Assembly (NCBI RefSeq): GCF_038025025.1
Contig: NW_027117349.1
Span: 1,240,001-1,304,000, forward strand
DNA: 64,000 nt
Reading direction: 5' to 3'
Origin: Phyllosticta citribraziliensis
Taxonomy: Eukaryota
The position numbers and the translations under genes are program-made. The notes below the pieces were generated by a model, which saw nothing but the letters and a program-made list of their open reading frames with translations, did no database searches and was not told the DNA's origin. This document shows, piece by piece, positions 63,402 to 64,000 of this stretch (position 1 is its first letter; the number at the start of each line of letters is the position of its first letter).

Positions 63402-64000
63402 AGGGAGCACGACACCACCATGTGCGTCATCGGCGGCACAAGCGTCGAGTTGGAGGCATTTTTGGATCTTTCGTCACCTTTTTTCAGCGGGCGTTGACTG
63501 GCATGGAAAGGGAAAAACGGAGGCAAGGAATGGACAGAGGAAGAAAAGCAGGAAAAAAGGCAAGAAAAGGGGAGGACAAGTTCAAAGCCAGCAGCAGCAT
63601 ATCCGTGTCTTTGTCATGCGACATGGCAGCGCAGTAGCCTGTCGCAGCAGCCGTCGTCACAAAAGTGAGGCTGCGACGCTCCGGCCTTGTGCCGTTCTAG
63701 GTACATGTAGCTTTGTCTATTGAGAGACAAAAAAAAAATACCAATTCGCCAAAGTTGCCGGGCAGCCTTTGCGCGCCTGGCGGGGGAGGCGACAAAACCA
63801 ACTTGGAAACCACGAGTCGTGATAGTCGCGATGCGACCTGACGGATGAATTGCTGGCGATAGGCGTGCCAGAGGTGTGAAACGCGTGCTGGCGGGCGGAT
63901 TGTGAGTGGACAGCCAGCGCTGGAGCTGGAGAGGGCGTCCTCGTCTTGTTCCGCTCCGCGCCCGCTCGCTTACATGGCCAGGCTTGGCATAACCACAATG

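Overview
Fungal (filamentous ascomycete; a Dothideomycete is my inference) chromosomal window with short GT-AG introns and CTRAC branch sites. Bases 1-~2975 are an AT-rich block mutated by repeat-induced point mutation (RIP). It contains a full-length, frame-preserved but dead Tc1 (DD34E) transposon at 780-2141. A gene-sparse, accessory-looking region follows (~3-33 kb). It holds a NACHT-ankyrin NLR, a divergent p67phox/NoxR-like TPR protein, a methyltransferase-like protein, a HExxH zincin-like protein, three stand-alone retropepsin-like aspartic protease genes (two with DSG/DTG, one lacking the motif) and a DUF6594 membrane protein. The right half is core-like: an SLC35F6-like transporter, a SLIP-GC/dynamin-like GTPase (spliced N-terminal SUMO-like domain, one internal in-frame TGA), a small PTS1 repeat protein, DUF3074, DnaJ, a small kinase-like protein, a metallophosphoesterase, D-galactonate dehydratase, an arrestin-domain protein and a bZIP factor. 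The best candidate for an undescribed system is the retropepsin trio plus DUF6594 (plus zincin and NLR) cluster. All family calls come from motif recognition by eye; no searches were run.
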